A stretch of DNA of 64,000 nt from a virus. Lineage: Duplodnaviria > Caudoviricetes. The notes under the pieces were generated by a model. It was not told where the DNA came from. It saw only the letters and a program-made list of their open reading frames with translations, and ran no database searches. Made by a program: the position numbers and the translations under genes. The stretch spans positions 5,077-69,076 of IMG/VR virus record IMGVR_UViG_3300028048_003170; one strand, given 5' to 3'. The stretch's first letter is position 1; every line of letters begins with the position of its first letter. Of the stretch, positions 1 through 8,858 are shown one piece after another.

Positions 1-3000
1 TCTTGGTCAGGGCCTGGCCGCCGTCGCCGTTGAGCCAGTCGGCCAGGTCGTCGTTCATCTTCTGCAGGGCGTTGCGGTCATCGTCCGCCCCGAGCTGGTT
101 GTACTTCTTCTTCAGGGCGAGTTTAGCCTTTTCGTAGGCCTCCTCGATGCGGAGTTTCTCCTTGGCGTTGTCGCCAGCGGCTTTCAGTTCCGCCTGATAG
201 ACGGCATCGAGGTTGGCCGAAGCCTCGTTGTATTGGGCGAGGTTTTCTGCCGCATTGTTGCCGAAATACTCGTCCTTGAGTTTCTGCAACTCGGCCTGGT
301 GCTTCTTCTGCTGGGCCTCGTACTCCTTCTGCCGCTTCTGCTGGTCCTTGACCAGGGCGGCCAGGTAGGTGTCGTGGGCCTTGAGGTAGTCCTGCCATGC
401 CTTCTCATCGACGTTGGGCTTGGGCATGTCGAAGGTTTCACCCTGCTCCTCGGCCTGACGTTTCGCCTCCTCCCATGCCTTGATCGGGGCCTCTGCTTGT
501 TCTTTGTAGATGCGTTCCACGGTCTGCAGGTGCTGCATGTCGATGAGCTCCATGTTGGCGTTGTACTGCTCCATGGTGATCTTCCCGTCGATGTAGCGTT
601 GCTGCATCAGGGCCTTGATGTCCCGGTAGGATTCCTGCTCTTCCTCGATGGTGAACTTGTTGGCCTGTTCGGTCTGCTTGCACTGCGCCTCCAGATGCTG
701 TGCCTCGATGGTCAGGCGCTCCGTTGTCGTGAGGTCGGTGTGCTCCAGCCGTTTCTTCTCATACTCGGTGGCGATCTCCAGCATCCGTGTGGTGTAGGCC
801 TCGTAGTTCTTCTCGCCGGTGGCGTAGGCGATGCGGTTGATGGCCTCCTGTTGTTCCTTCCACTCCTTCTCGGCCTTGAACTTGTCCTCGGTCTTGGACT
901 TGCCCGTGCCGGTCTTCTTGTCGGTTGCCGTTGGCGTGGGAACGGGGGTGTTATCGGTCTCGGTCTCGGCTTCATCGATGATGACGAGATCCTCTTCCTT
1001 GGAGTATTCCATGAGTTTGTCGATGCGCTGCTTGATCAGTTTGCGCTTGGCCTTCTTGTCGTAGGCGATGCCGGGCAGCTGGGTCAGCTCGCCCTGCGGG
1101 TTCGTCGAGTAGCCGTAGGCGTGGGCCAGGGCCTCGCGCTGCTGGCGGGAGCCCTTGGTCTTGCGGTCGAAGGACTCCTTTTCGGCCTGCTCCTGGTCGT
1201 GGATCTCACGCTTGAGTTTCTCGTCCTCACGGATCAGGCGCTCGTATTCCTCGCGGTTGGCCTCAAGGCGTATCTTCTTCTCCAGCGAGAGCAGGTAGTC
1301 GTCGAGTGCCTGCTTGTTCTCCCGGTACTTGCCCGTCTCCGCGTCCAGGCTGGCGCAGTAGTTCGGGATCTGCGCGTTGAGGGCATCTATGGCCTCCTTG
1401 CGCTTCTGCTTGGAGACGGTCTCGTCCTTGGCGATGGCCACCAGGCGCTCGATTTTGCCTTTCTCGGCATCGAGCTTCTGCATGTGGTCTTCACGGGCCT
1501 TGGCCAGTTCGCGGTCCATGTCGGCCATCTCCTTCTCGGCCTTCGTGGCTTCCTTCGTCCGCTTGGCGAAGGCCACCAGGCCGACGATGACGGCGGCGAT
1601 GGCCGCTGCCGCCAGGCCCCAGGGGCTCATCTTCATCGTCGTGTTGAGCATCTTCTGGGCGGCGTCGGCACGTGTGATATTGCCCGTCAGACGGTTATAG
1701 GCCGCTGAGCAGGCCAGCGTTGCGACCTTGCCGATGGCCTGGGCCTTCTCCACCAGCACGAGCCATCCGTAGTGTATCTTCAGGGCGATGTTGCTGGCGT
1801 TGGCGGCCACCGTGTAGGCTGCCCATGTGGCGGCGAGCGTGATCAGGGCACCCTTGTACTTGATGACGAAATCGACGGCGATGGACATGCCCCGCATCAT
1901 GGCCGATGTGCTGCTGATGAAGTAGCGCATCACGGGCATGAGCTTTTGGCCGAGCGTCGCGGCCATCTCGGTGAAGCCCTTGCGGGCCTTGTCCAGCTGG
2001 GCCTGTACGGTGGTGTTCTGCACCTCGTACTCCTTGGTGACCGAGGTGGCCTCCTCGAAGGCCTTGGCGGCCTCCTTCTGCTGCCACTTCAGCGTGTCCA
2101 GGTTGCCCGCCAGGGCTGAGATCACCTGCGCGGCACGGGCCCCGTTCTCGCCCATGTCCTTGAACACGGGTGCCAGCACGTCGATGTTGCCCAGTTCCTT
2201 GAGGCGTTCGAGCAGCATGAGCAGTCCCTCGTTGGTGGAGCGTGTCAGGGCCTCCTTGAACTTCTTGGCATTGATGCCCGTGGCCTTGATCACCTTGTCC
2301 TGCTGCTTGAACATGTCCATGATCAGCTTCGAGACTGCCGTGGCCGACATCTCTGCGGCCTGGCCCTGGCTGTCGAGCACGGCGGCGAAGCTCATGATCT
2401 CGGGGATGGTCATGCGGGCCTGGGCGCCCACGCCGGCCATGCGCTTGGCGAAGTTGGCCAGGTAGGGGGCGGCTGCGGTACAGTTCTGCGACAGCTCGTT
2501 GATGACGGAGCCCACGGCAAGCAGGGACTGCTCCACTCCCAGTCGCTGCTTGTCGCCGAAGATGTCCGTGAGCTTGGAGAGGGTCAGCGTCGCTCCCTCT
2601 CCCAGGTCATCGAGGGCGACGTTGATCTGGTTGGCGGCCTTGACGAAGCCCAGCACGTCCTTCTCGGACGAGAGGCCCAGTCGGCCCGCCTCCTGGGCGA
2701 GTTTGTTGAGATCCTCGCGTGAGGTGCGGGTGTCGATCTTCTTGAACTGCTCGTTGAGGTGTTCCACCTCCTCGGCAGTCATGCCCGTGAACTTGCGGAC
2801 ACTGGCCATCTCTGCGTCTATCTCGGCATAGACCTGCACGGCGGCCTTGCCCGCCATCACCAGTCCCGTCATGGCGGCGGCAGCGCCCATCAGGGTCGTC
2901 TGCCAGTCGTTGACAGTGCGGTTGAAGCGCTGCCAGAAACTCTCCTGGGTCCTGAGCTCGGCGTTGACCTTAGAGAGTTCGGCCTTCACGGCCTGGATCT

Positions 3001-3343
3001 TGGCCACGTGCGAGTTCCAGGCCGCGCTGCCGCGCTCCATGTAGTCCAGCTGTCGGTTGAGGGTCTGCAAGGTCTTGTTCAGTTCCTTGGGCGTCGCCTT
3101 GTCCAGGCGGCGCATCACGGCCTCGACCTGCTGGGTCGAGGACTCTATTTCACGGATCTGCCGCTTGGTGTCGGCCAGTTCACGGCGTAGTTTCCTTAAC
3201 TCGATCTTGTTTCCGCTGGCGGCGGCTTTGGCGATGGCGTTCTCCAGTTCCATGGCCCGCTGCTTGAGTTGCTGCAGGACCTGCTGGGCCTGCACGCCGT
3301 TGACCGATAGGTTGACCGTTGCTGTGGTGTTGATGTCGCTCAT
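1..3343 (-). CDS. Phage tail tape measure protein (3' end runs off the window)
   Basis: Uninterrupted minus-strand frame from ATG 3343 (MSDINTTATVNLSVNG...) to the edge; TP901-like core (AEMASVRKFTGMT...SREDLNKLAQEAGRLG), hydrophobic mid segment, long coiled coils. Missing from the ORF track because there is no stop in the window. Confidence 0.9.
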   Translation of the reverse strand, partial: MSDINTTATVNLSVNGVQAQQVLQQLKQRAMELENAIAKAAASGNKIELRKLRRELADTKRQIREIESSTQQVEAVMRRLDKATPKELNKTLQTLNRQLDYMERGSAAWNSHVAKIQAVKAELSKVNAELRTQESFWQRFNRTVNDWQTTLMGAAAAMTGLVMAGKAAVQVYAEIDAEMASVRKFTGMTAEEVEHLNEQFKKIDTRTSREDLNKLAQEAGRLGLSSEKDVLGFVKAANQINVALDDLGEGATLTLSKLTDIFGDKQRLGVEQSLLAVGSVINELSQNCTAAAPYLANFAKRMAGVGAQARMTIPEIMSFAAVLDSQGQAAEMSATAVSKLIMDMFKQQDKVIKATGINAKKFKEALTRSTNEGLLMLLERLKELGNIDVLAPVFKDMGENGARAAQVISALAGNLDTLKWQQKEAAKAFEEATSVTKEYEVQNTTVQAQLDKARKGFTEMAATLGQKLMPVMRYFISSTSAMMRGMSIAVDFVIKYKGALITLAATWAAYTVAANASNIALKIHYGWLVLVEKAQAIGKVATLACSAAYNRLTGNITRADAAQKMLNTTMKMSPWGLAAAAIAAVIVGLVAFAKRTKEATKAEKEMADMDRELAKAREDHMQKLDAEKGKIERLVAIAKDETVSKQKRKEAIDALNAQIPNYCASLDAETGKYRENKQALDDYLLSLEKKIRLEANREEYERLIREDEKLKREIHDQEQAEKESFDRKTKGSRQQREALAHAYGYSTNPQGELTQLPGIAYDKKAKRKLIKQRIDKLMEYSKEEDLVIIDEAETETDNTPVPTPTATDKKTGTGKSKTEDKFKAEKEWKEQQEAINRIAYATGEKNYEAYTTRMLEIATEYEKKRLEHTDLTTTERLTIEAQHLEAQCKQTEQANKFTIEEEQESYRDIKALMQQRYIDGKITMEQYNANMELIDMQHLQTVERIYKEQAEAPIKAWEEAKRQAEEQGETFDMPKPNVDEKAWQDYLKAHDTYLAALVKDQQKRQKEYEAQQKKHQAELQKLKDEYFGNNAAENLAQYNEASANLDAVYQAELKAAGDNAKEKLRIEEAYEKAKLALKKKYNQLGADDDRNALQKMNDDLADWLNGDGGQALTK

Positions 3344-3361
3344 AGTATCGTGTTTTTGGTT

Positions 3362-3396
3362 CAAAGGTCGCCATAATGTGCGGATGGAGAAAAGAC
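3362..3396 (-). promoter_or_regulatory. Putative phage late promoter (GTCTTTT-N20-GACCTTTG) for tape measure
   Basis: Plus strand caaaggtc 3362-3369, 20 nt spacer, aaaagac 3390-3396; same geometry at four other operon starts. Confidence 0.65.
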
Positions 3397-3885
3397 AGCC
3401 CCGCTGTCGCCTGGAACGGTGCAAATCTGGCGGCTGTCGGCGGCGGATTTGCACGGCGATTTACGTGGATGTGTCAAGAAAATTAGACAAACTGCTGTAA
3501 CAGGCGTTAAAAATAAGCAAAAATCGCTAATTTATTGGCTTTCAACGGATTAACGAAAATATGCGTTTTGTCCAAAGTTCAAAAAGTTAAACGGTTGTTT
3601 TTCAACCGTTTGCGGGGTACGGGGCGGCAGCCTCCGTCTGCCTTTCAGGCTCCCCCAACCGCCCTGCGGAGACCGACCGCAAACCGACTGCTCTTTGAGC
3701 GGAATATGCAGGGCAATGTCCGCCGATGTGCGGTAAAATCGCCAATGTGTGACCGATGAACCGAAAGGCACTTTCGGTTTCATGGGGACACTTTGGCCTA
3801 CTGCTTTCCTATGTTCGACATTTGTCGAAGATGATTCGACAAAATTGCGGCGAAATCTCGATTTTGCGGCGATTTTGTGCTTAGG

Positions 3886-4360
3886 CGATGGCGACGGGCG
3901 GTGAAGCGCAGGCAAGGGAGCGCAGAATGGCGACAGAGGCTGGAGTGTGCCCAAGGCTCACAGCACCGATACCCCTGAGCGCAGCGAAAACAGCGGGGCG
4001 CGGAGGGAATGAAGTGGAGACACAAGATGAGTGGAGTCATCGTGAGTGCCAGGCGGGATGCAGGCGTTGCGGGGCAATCTCTGATTGAGCATCGTGCTTG
4101 CGGAACGTCAGGATCGGGTTGAGGGCGAAGGACGAGCCCGATACCAGTGCAGCGAGCTGGATGCGCCGCCGCAAACGCCGTCAGCAGACCGCCTGAAGCA
4201 CTGTCGATGACGGAGCGAAGCGCAGGGCGGAATGGTAGTGACCGAAGCAGCCGGCTGCGTGTGGTTTTGGCGCGGATAGTGAGCCTGACCAGGCACTCTA
4301 CAGCCGACCGGTCAGTCATTCAAGCTGGCGCAGCCGTAGCGGAAGTGCCCATCGCCATCG
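3886..4360. other. Structured non-coding element with nested long-range pairing (ssDNA or RNA)
   Basis: 3886-3899 pairs with 4347-4360; 3938-3951 with 4292-4305; 3954-3961 with 4279-4286; several GCGNAGC mini-hairpins; no credible ORF. Confidence 0.55.
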
Positions 4361-4403
4361 GGGGCCGGGGCGGGCATTTCGCGTGAGCGATGATAATTGA
4401 AGA

Positions 4404-4643
4404 TTAGAACCAGCCTCCAAATGGCTTTCCACCATGATCGAAAGGATTACCGGCTTTTAAAGCTATGGTAATACCAAGAACGATTGCACAAATGATTTGA
4501 CCTTCATCATTGTGCTTTACTGTGAAGATCACTGCCATGATTACAGTAACAATAATAATTATAAGCATGATATTATCCCACCAATCAATGGCTTTACCCC
4601 TTAAATCATCCCACTTGTCTTCCCTGTCGTCCTCTTCTCTCAT
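4404..4643 (-). CDS. Small AT-rich two-TM membrane protein (moron-like)
   Basis: 79 aa ORF with two hydrophobic stretches, AT-rich relative to flanks. Confidence 0.55.
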   Translation of the reverse strand: MREEDDREDKWDDLRGKAIDWWDNIMLIIIIVTVIMAVIFTVKHNDEGQIICAIVLGITIALKAGNPFDHGGKPFGGWF

Positions 4644-4869
4644 AATCGTGATGGATTTGAGTTACAAATATAGCCTTTATAAGATCATTCTGCAAATAAT
4701 AGGCCAAATGTAACGGATTTTTCTCTACTTTTGCACTGACCAAATAACCTTAAATCTAAGTTTTATTCATACTATTTTTCCTAGGGCACCTCGTTGCGAA
4801 ACGGAGTGCTTTTTTAATGGCGATTAGGCAACGGGAACCGAGCGAAGCGAGTTCCCATTGCCCAATCGG

Positions 4870-5433
4870 CTATTTCCTCAAAAGGTATCTCACCGTGAGC
4901 ACGAGTGCGAGCGCAGCGAGGATCATCAGCGGCCACCAGGTGACATCAGGGGGCTTGTAAACGGCCACGGTGTCACGGGCGTAATGGTCTGCCATGTCCA
5001 TCGTGCGGTGCGAAGCGACGCTGTCGACCTGGCGGGCGCACCGCGAAGCGTTGCGCTCGGACAAGTCGGCCTTTCCGATGGACGCGCGTTTGCCCTTCAA
5101 GACAACCATGTTTGCAGCATGCAGACGTGGTTGGCTTGTGGTAGGATCAGCAAACGCTGGCAGAGATGAAGCCGTGTCTGTGCCGAACGGCATGGGCATG
5201 AACAGCTCGAAGCTGTCGAGGTCGATGCTCAGGCTGCTCATCCACTGAGTCCGCGCAGCGGTCTCGGTGGTGGTACTGGCAGCCTTGGCAACCTCGACGT
5301 TCTCCGCCACTATGGTGGTGGCCTGCTTCTGGCTTCGACAGGAGTGGAACGTGATGGAGAGGCACAGCAGCACCACTACCAGCAGCAGGATGAACACGAT
5401 GCCCTTGAACAGGTTCTTAAATTGGTCATTCAT
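4870..5433 (-). CDS. Lysis-associated lipoprotein, candidate unimolecular spanin
   Basis: Signal peptide ending in lipobox-like FHSC, C-terminal TM helix (WWPLMILAALALVLTVRY), directly downstream of endolysin. Confidence 0.55.
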   Translation of the reverse strand: MNDQFKNLFKGIVFILLLVVVLLCLSITFHSCRSQKQATTIVAENVEVAKAASTTTETAARTQWMSSLSIDLDSFELFMPMPFGTDTASSLPAFADPTTSQPRLHAANMVVLKGKRASIGKADLSERNASRCARQVDSVASHRTMDMADHYARDTVAVYKPPDVTWWPLMILAALALVLTVRYLLRK

Positions 5434-5445
5434 TACTTTGGGATT

Positions 5446-5853
5446 TTAAATGTTTGAATACTCTTTCTTGGCATCAAAGCAGGGGCACGCTTTGGCGGCG
5501 AACTCACGATGGCCGTGGACCGTAGCACGCGGGAAGCGTTGCCTCAGTTCACGGATCAGCGACAGCAGCGCTGCCTTCTGGGCGGCGGTGCGGGTGTCTT
5601 TGGGCTTGCCGTTACGGTCAAGCCCGCCGACATAGCAGATGCCGATGGAATGGGCATTGTGGCCCTTGCAGTGGGCACCGGCTTTCTCGAGGGGTCGGCC
5701 CTTGTGGACCGTCCCGTCGAGGTAAACCACATAGTGGTAGCCGATGTCCGCGAACTTGCGCTGCAGATGCCACTGTCTGATTTGTTGGACGGTAACATGC
5801 TGCCCTTCCCGCGTTGCGGAGCAGTGGACAATGATTTGATCGATGCTTCGCAT
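5446..5853 (-). CDS. Endolysin, N-acetylmuramoyl-L-alanine amidase (T7 lysozyme-like)
   Basis: IIVHCSAT, DIGYHYVVYLDG, GAHCKGHNAHSIGICYVGG, GHREFAAKACPCF motifs. Confidence 0.93.
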   Translation of the reverse strand: MRSIDQIIVHCSATREGQHVTVQQIRQWHLQRKFADIGYHYVVYLDGTVHKGRPLEKAGAHCKGHNAHSIGICYVGGLDRNGKPKDTRTAAQKAALLSLIRELRQRFPRATVHGHREFAAKACPCFDAKKEYSNI

Positions 5854-5858
5854 GGCGG

Positions 5859-6524
5859 TCAGATTTTAGTGGCCGAGACGGGGGTGAGCACGCCCGCGTC
5901 GTAGGTCTGCTTGTTCTTGTCGATGACGCACAGGTGCTTCTCGACCATGGTGAACGAGAAGTGGAAGTCCATCCTGGTGATGTGGGCCACGAAGTACGCC
6001 CACAGCGCAGGGGTGATCTCGTCGGCGATGCTGTCGAGCGTGCGCTGGAAGAAAGCGATCAGCTCGGGCTTGGTGGCGCTGCTGCCGGCCAGGCTGATGT
6101 TGGCCTGCTCCACCTCCTGCTCGTCACTGACGAAGTGGATGATGCCTTGGTCGTCGATGGCGTAGTAGTGCGGGAACCGTCTCTGCGGAACGCCGATGAT
6201 GGGAGCATCAAAGCGGAACTCGCTCTGCTGGGAGTCGTTGCGCACGAACAGGTTGATTACCCGGATGTCCTTGACCTCGATGGCGTTGGGGAACGACGCC
6301 TGGAACACGGCTCGGGCCTCGGGATTTGTCAGTTCGGCGTCCATGGTCACGGAGTGCAGCTCGTCGATCTGGGTGATGAACATCTCCTTGACACGCTCGT
6401 TGTGTGTGACGGTGTGCGTGGGCAGCTCGTGCATGCGGCCGTCGCAGCCCTTGTAGCGGACGTAGTGCTCGTCGCCCTCGCAGATTTCCTGCGGCTTGAT
6501 GTTCAGAACTTTCTTAGTCTTCAT
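5859..6524 (-). CDS. Hypothetical protein between holin and endolysin
   Basis: 221 aa ORF overlapping the holin stop, co-oriented with lysis genes. Confidence 0.7.
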   Translation of the reverse strand: MKTKKVLNIKPQEICEGDEHYVRYKGCDGRMHELPTHTVTHNERVKEMFITQIDELHSVTMDAELTNPEARAVFQASFPNAIEVKDIRVINLFVRNDSQQSEFRFDAPIIGVPQRRFPHYYAIDDQGIIHFVSDEQEVEQANISLAGSSATKPELIAFFQRTLDSIADEITPALWAYFVAHITRMDFHFSFTMVEKHLCVIDKNKQTYDAGVLTPVSATKI

Positions 6525-7008
6525 AATCTTCGATTTGGTTAGTGTTAGTATATGGTTGATTGTTCTCTAATTGCTTCTTTCGTTCCATCAGTTCCATGGC
6601 CTGCATGACGATGGCGGCGATGTCGTCCTTGTTCTTGACGATGACGTTGAAGGTGTGCGCCTTGTCGCGCAGTTCCTGCTTGTCATGCGTCGATTCCAGG
6701 ACGGACTTCCATTCGCAGAAGATGTTGAAGCCGCCCATCAGGATCGTGAAGAACGGTGCTGGCAGGACGACCGATGTAATGATGTCGATGCATGACAGGC
6801 AGAGCATCGGCAGGAAGTATTTGGTGGCCTTCTCGGTGGTCATCTTGAAGCCGCGCGAGGTGGTGGCCACTCCTGCCTGATGTGCCTTGCGGACTCCGGC
6901 CACGAAGTCCACGGCCATGGCCAGCACCACGGCGATGTAGGTCAGCGCCAGCCATACGGCGGTGTCGTGCAGGGCGAGGTGTCTTATTATGTCAATTATG
7001 GTCTGCAT
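6514..7008 (-). CDS. Putative holin
   Basis: ATG 7008 (MQTIIDII); 2-3 TM helices, VDFVAGVRKA..TSRGFKMT pattern of toxin-secretion/phage holins, charged C-terminus; in lysis cassette. Confidence 0.75.
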   Translation of the reverse strand: MQTIIDIIRHLALHDTAVWLALTYIAVVLAMAVDFVAGVRKAHQAGVATTSRGFKMTTEKATKYFLPMLCLSCIDIITSVVLPAPFFTILMGGFNIFCEWKSVLESTHDKQELRDKAHTFNVIVKNKDDIAAIVMQAMELMERKKQLENNQPYTNTNQIEDYED

Positions 7009-7077
7009 TTTTCTCGTTTTTCTTTGGTTGTTAGGGATTTTCGGTGTATCTTTGTAGCTGTAAAGCAAGACTTCTGG

Positions 7078-7151
7078 TGTGCTTCGGCTCACTTGTTGCT
7101 ATTATGATGTGCTTCGGCTCATCGTCTGTTATTTGGGTGTGCTTCGGCTCA
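7078..7151. repeat. Three copies of TGTGCTTCGGCTCA at exact 30 bp period
   Basis: gcttcggctca begins at 7081, 7111 and 7141. Confidence 0.9.
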
Positions 7152-7171
7152 CCTTTTGCTTTTTGGGGGCA

Positions 7172-8650
7172 TCACCTCTCGAAGATCCACGTGTAGGAGC
7201 CCTCCTTGATGCGGGTGCTGACGTGGAATGGGATGACCGGCGTCACCAGGCTCGCCTTGTCCAGCAGTTTGCGGTTGTCGGCCTTGGCCGACGAGAAAGC
7301 GATGCCGTACTGGAGGCGCACCTTCCTGGGCACCATCACCTTGCCCTGTTTCTCCGAAACCGTGATCCTGATTTTGCCGAAGCTGGCGAGACGGCTGCCG
7401 TCCTTGTCTGCTGCGTCCTTGACGAAGTAGCGTGCCTCGTGGCGGTACTGCTGGTCGCCATCATAGGTGCGGTCGATCACGCTGGCATCGATGAGCACCT
7501 GCTCGTTGTCGCCGATGGAAACGGTGTCGGCCTTGCCCAGCACGTTCCAGCCCTTGCGGACGGGGCCGTGGCGCTTCACGTTGCCCACGTTGACGCGGTT
7601 GCGCTTCTTGGTGTAGCGGAACAAGTAGGGCGTGTATCCTGCGGCAACGAGCGTCTTGGCACCCCGCAGGTACAGGGCACCCGTGGCCTGGTTGATCTCG
7701 ATGCCGATGTTGTAGAAACTTCTTGTTTGTGCGGTGGAGCCTCCTCCGCCGCTGCCGAAGACGGCCTGGCGCAACTGGTTGAGCTGGGCGACCATGGCCG
7801 ATGTCATCAGACCCGCGCTCTGGGTGTCGGCACCCGAGAGCAGGATGCGCTTGAGGCTGACGTTCTGTTCACCCGTGGCCACGTTGTAGCCGACGACCTC
7901 GAAGCCGAGGCGGTCGGCCCCGGTGTAATATTGGCGTATGTCGTCCACGAGGGCCCCGCTGCCCTGCACCTTCTGCATGGCGGCCTTCAGGGCGCTGATG
8001 TCGGTCTTGGCGGCACTGAGGGCGATGACGTGCTGGGCAGTCATCACGCCGGCCTTCTGGTCGGTGGCCCCGTAGATGACCAGAGCGGCGTTCGCCATGC
8101 TGGCCGCCCCGTTGGCCAGGTTGTAGCGGCTCGCGCCGAACACGACCTTGCTGGCGTCGCTGCTGCCCTCGGTTAAGTACTGCAGCACGTTGCCTGCCTG
8201 GCCGATCATGTTGAGCCTGGACGTGTGCAGGTCAACGGTGTCCTGCAATTCCAGCACGGTGTCGGTCAGCTCGTCGTTGGTCTCGCCGATGCCCTGGATG
8301 CGGATGTAGTCCTCTGCGGTGAGCACGCCCGCGCGGTTGCGGGATGCGGGGCCGATGGCCAGCGTGAGCGTCGAGGTTGCCCCGTCGGCCATGCTTCGTG
8401 CCATGAGCGAGAGGATGACGTTGTTGTGGTCATCGACAGCCCGCTGCTGTATGTCATACAGGAAGCGGAACTGCTGGAGGGTCTCCTTCCATACACGGAT
8501 GATGTTGTACTCGTTCTCGCCGATGGCGGTGGCCAGCAGGTCGGTGATATCCTGGAGGATCTTGCCGACGGTCTCAGGCGAGATGGATTCTTTCTCGGTC
8601 TCGACGCGGAATGCGGAGATCAGGGCTGTGAGTTGTGAAATGTCGATCAT
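7172..8650 (-). CDS. Putative tail fibre / tail structural protein
   Basis: 492 aa; N-terminal ISPETVGKILQDI segment, three internal AG(V/L)(L/M)T(A/S) repeats, Gly linker; heads an operon with the late promoter motif. Confidence 0.55.
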   Translation of the reverse strand: MIDISQLTALISAFRVETEKESISPETVGKILQDITDLLATAIGENEYNIIRVWKETLQQFRFLYDIQQRAVDDHNNVILSLMARSMADGATSTLTLAIGPASRNRAGVLTAEDYIRIQGIGETNDELTDTVLELQDTVDLHTSRLNMIGQAGNVLQYLTEGSSDASKVVFGASRYNLANGAASMANAALVIYGATDQKAGVMTAQHVIALSAAKTDISALKAAMQKVQGSGALVDDIRQYYTGADRLGFEVVGYNVATGEQNVSLKRILLSGADTQSAGLMTSAMVAQLNQLRQAVFGSGGGGSTAQTRSFYNIGIEINQATGALYLRGAKTLVAAGYTPYLFRYTKKRNRVNVGNVKRHGPVRKGWNVLGKADTVSIGDNEQVLIDASVIDRTYDGDQQYRHEARYFVKDAADKDGSRLASFGKIRITVSEKQGKVMVPRKVRLQYGIAFSSAKADNRKLLDKASLVTPVIPFHVSTRIKEGSYTWIFER

Positions 8651-8676
8651 AGTCTTTTGCTGATTTCAGTTTTCAG

Positions 8677-8711
8677 CAAAAGTAGAATGATTGGGCGGTG
8701 CATCAAAAGAC
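8677..8711 (-). promoter_or_regulatory. Putative phage late promoter (GTCTTTT-N20-TACTTTTG)
   Basis: caaaagta 8677-8684, 20 nt spacer, aaaagac 8705-8711. Confidence 0.75.
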
Positions 8712-8812
8712 AAGGTTTTGAGTATGAAAAAAGCCACCCGAAGGAAAAATTAATAAATATTAACAGATTTCCGTTGAATTCTTTCTTTCAATGTTACCAT
8801 AAAGTGAGTGGG

Positions 8813-8820
8813 TAGTTTTG
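8813..8820 (+). promoter_or_regulatory. Bacteroidetes -7 promoter box for AAA-ATPase operon
   Basis: TAGTTTTG matches TAnnTTTG, 38 bp upstream of the ATG in an AT-rich intergenic region. Confidence 0.55.
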
Positions 8821-8858
8821 CCCATCGAAACATATAACAAATTTTTAATTCTAGTAAT

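Noticed and set aside
233-3190. Long plus-strand ORFs (e.g. 491 aa at 233-1708)
   Set aside because: Antisense shadows of the tape measure gene in GC-rich coding DNA; same for the long plus ORFs opposite portal, terminase, capsid and primase
3550-4386. ORFs called in the 3.4-4.4 kb gap (134 aa, 173 aa and others)
   Set aside because: Low-complexity Arg/Ala/Pro translations without motifs, overlapping a structured non-coding region
4726-4733. Plus-strand TACTTTTG promoter box
   Set aside because: No plus-strand gene follows; it could drive an antisense RNA to the lysis genes, but a lone 8-mer in AT-rich DNA is insufficient evidence
7078-7151. Possible mini-CRISPR array
   Set aside because: 14 bp repeats and 16 bp spacers are too short, and there are no cas genes
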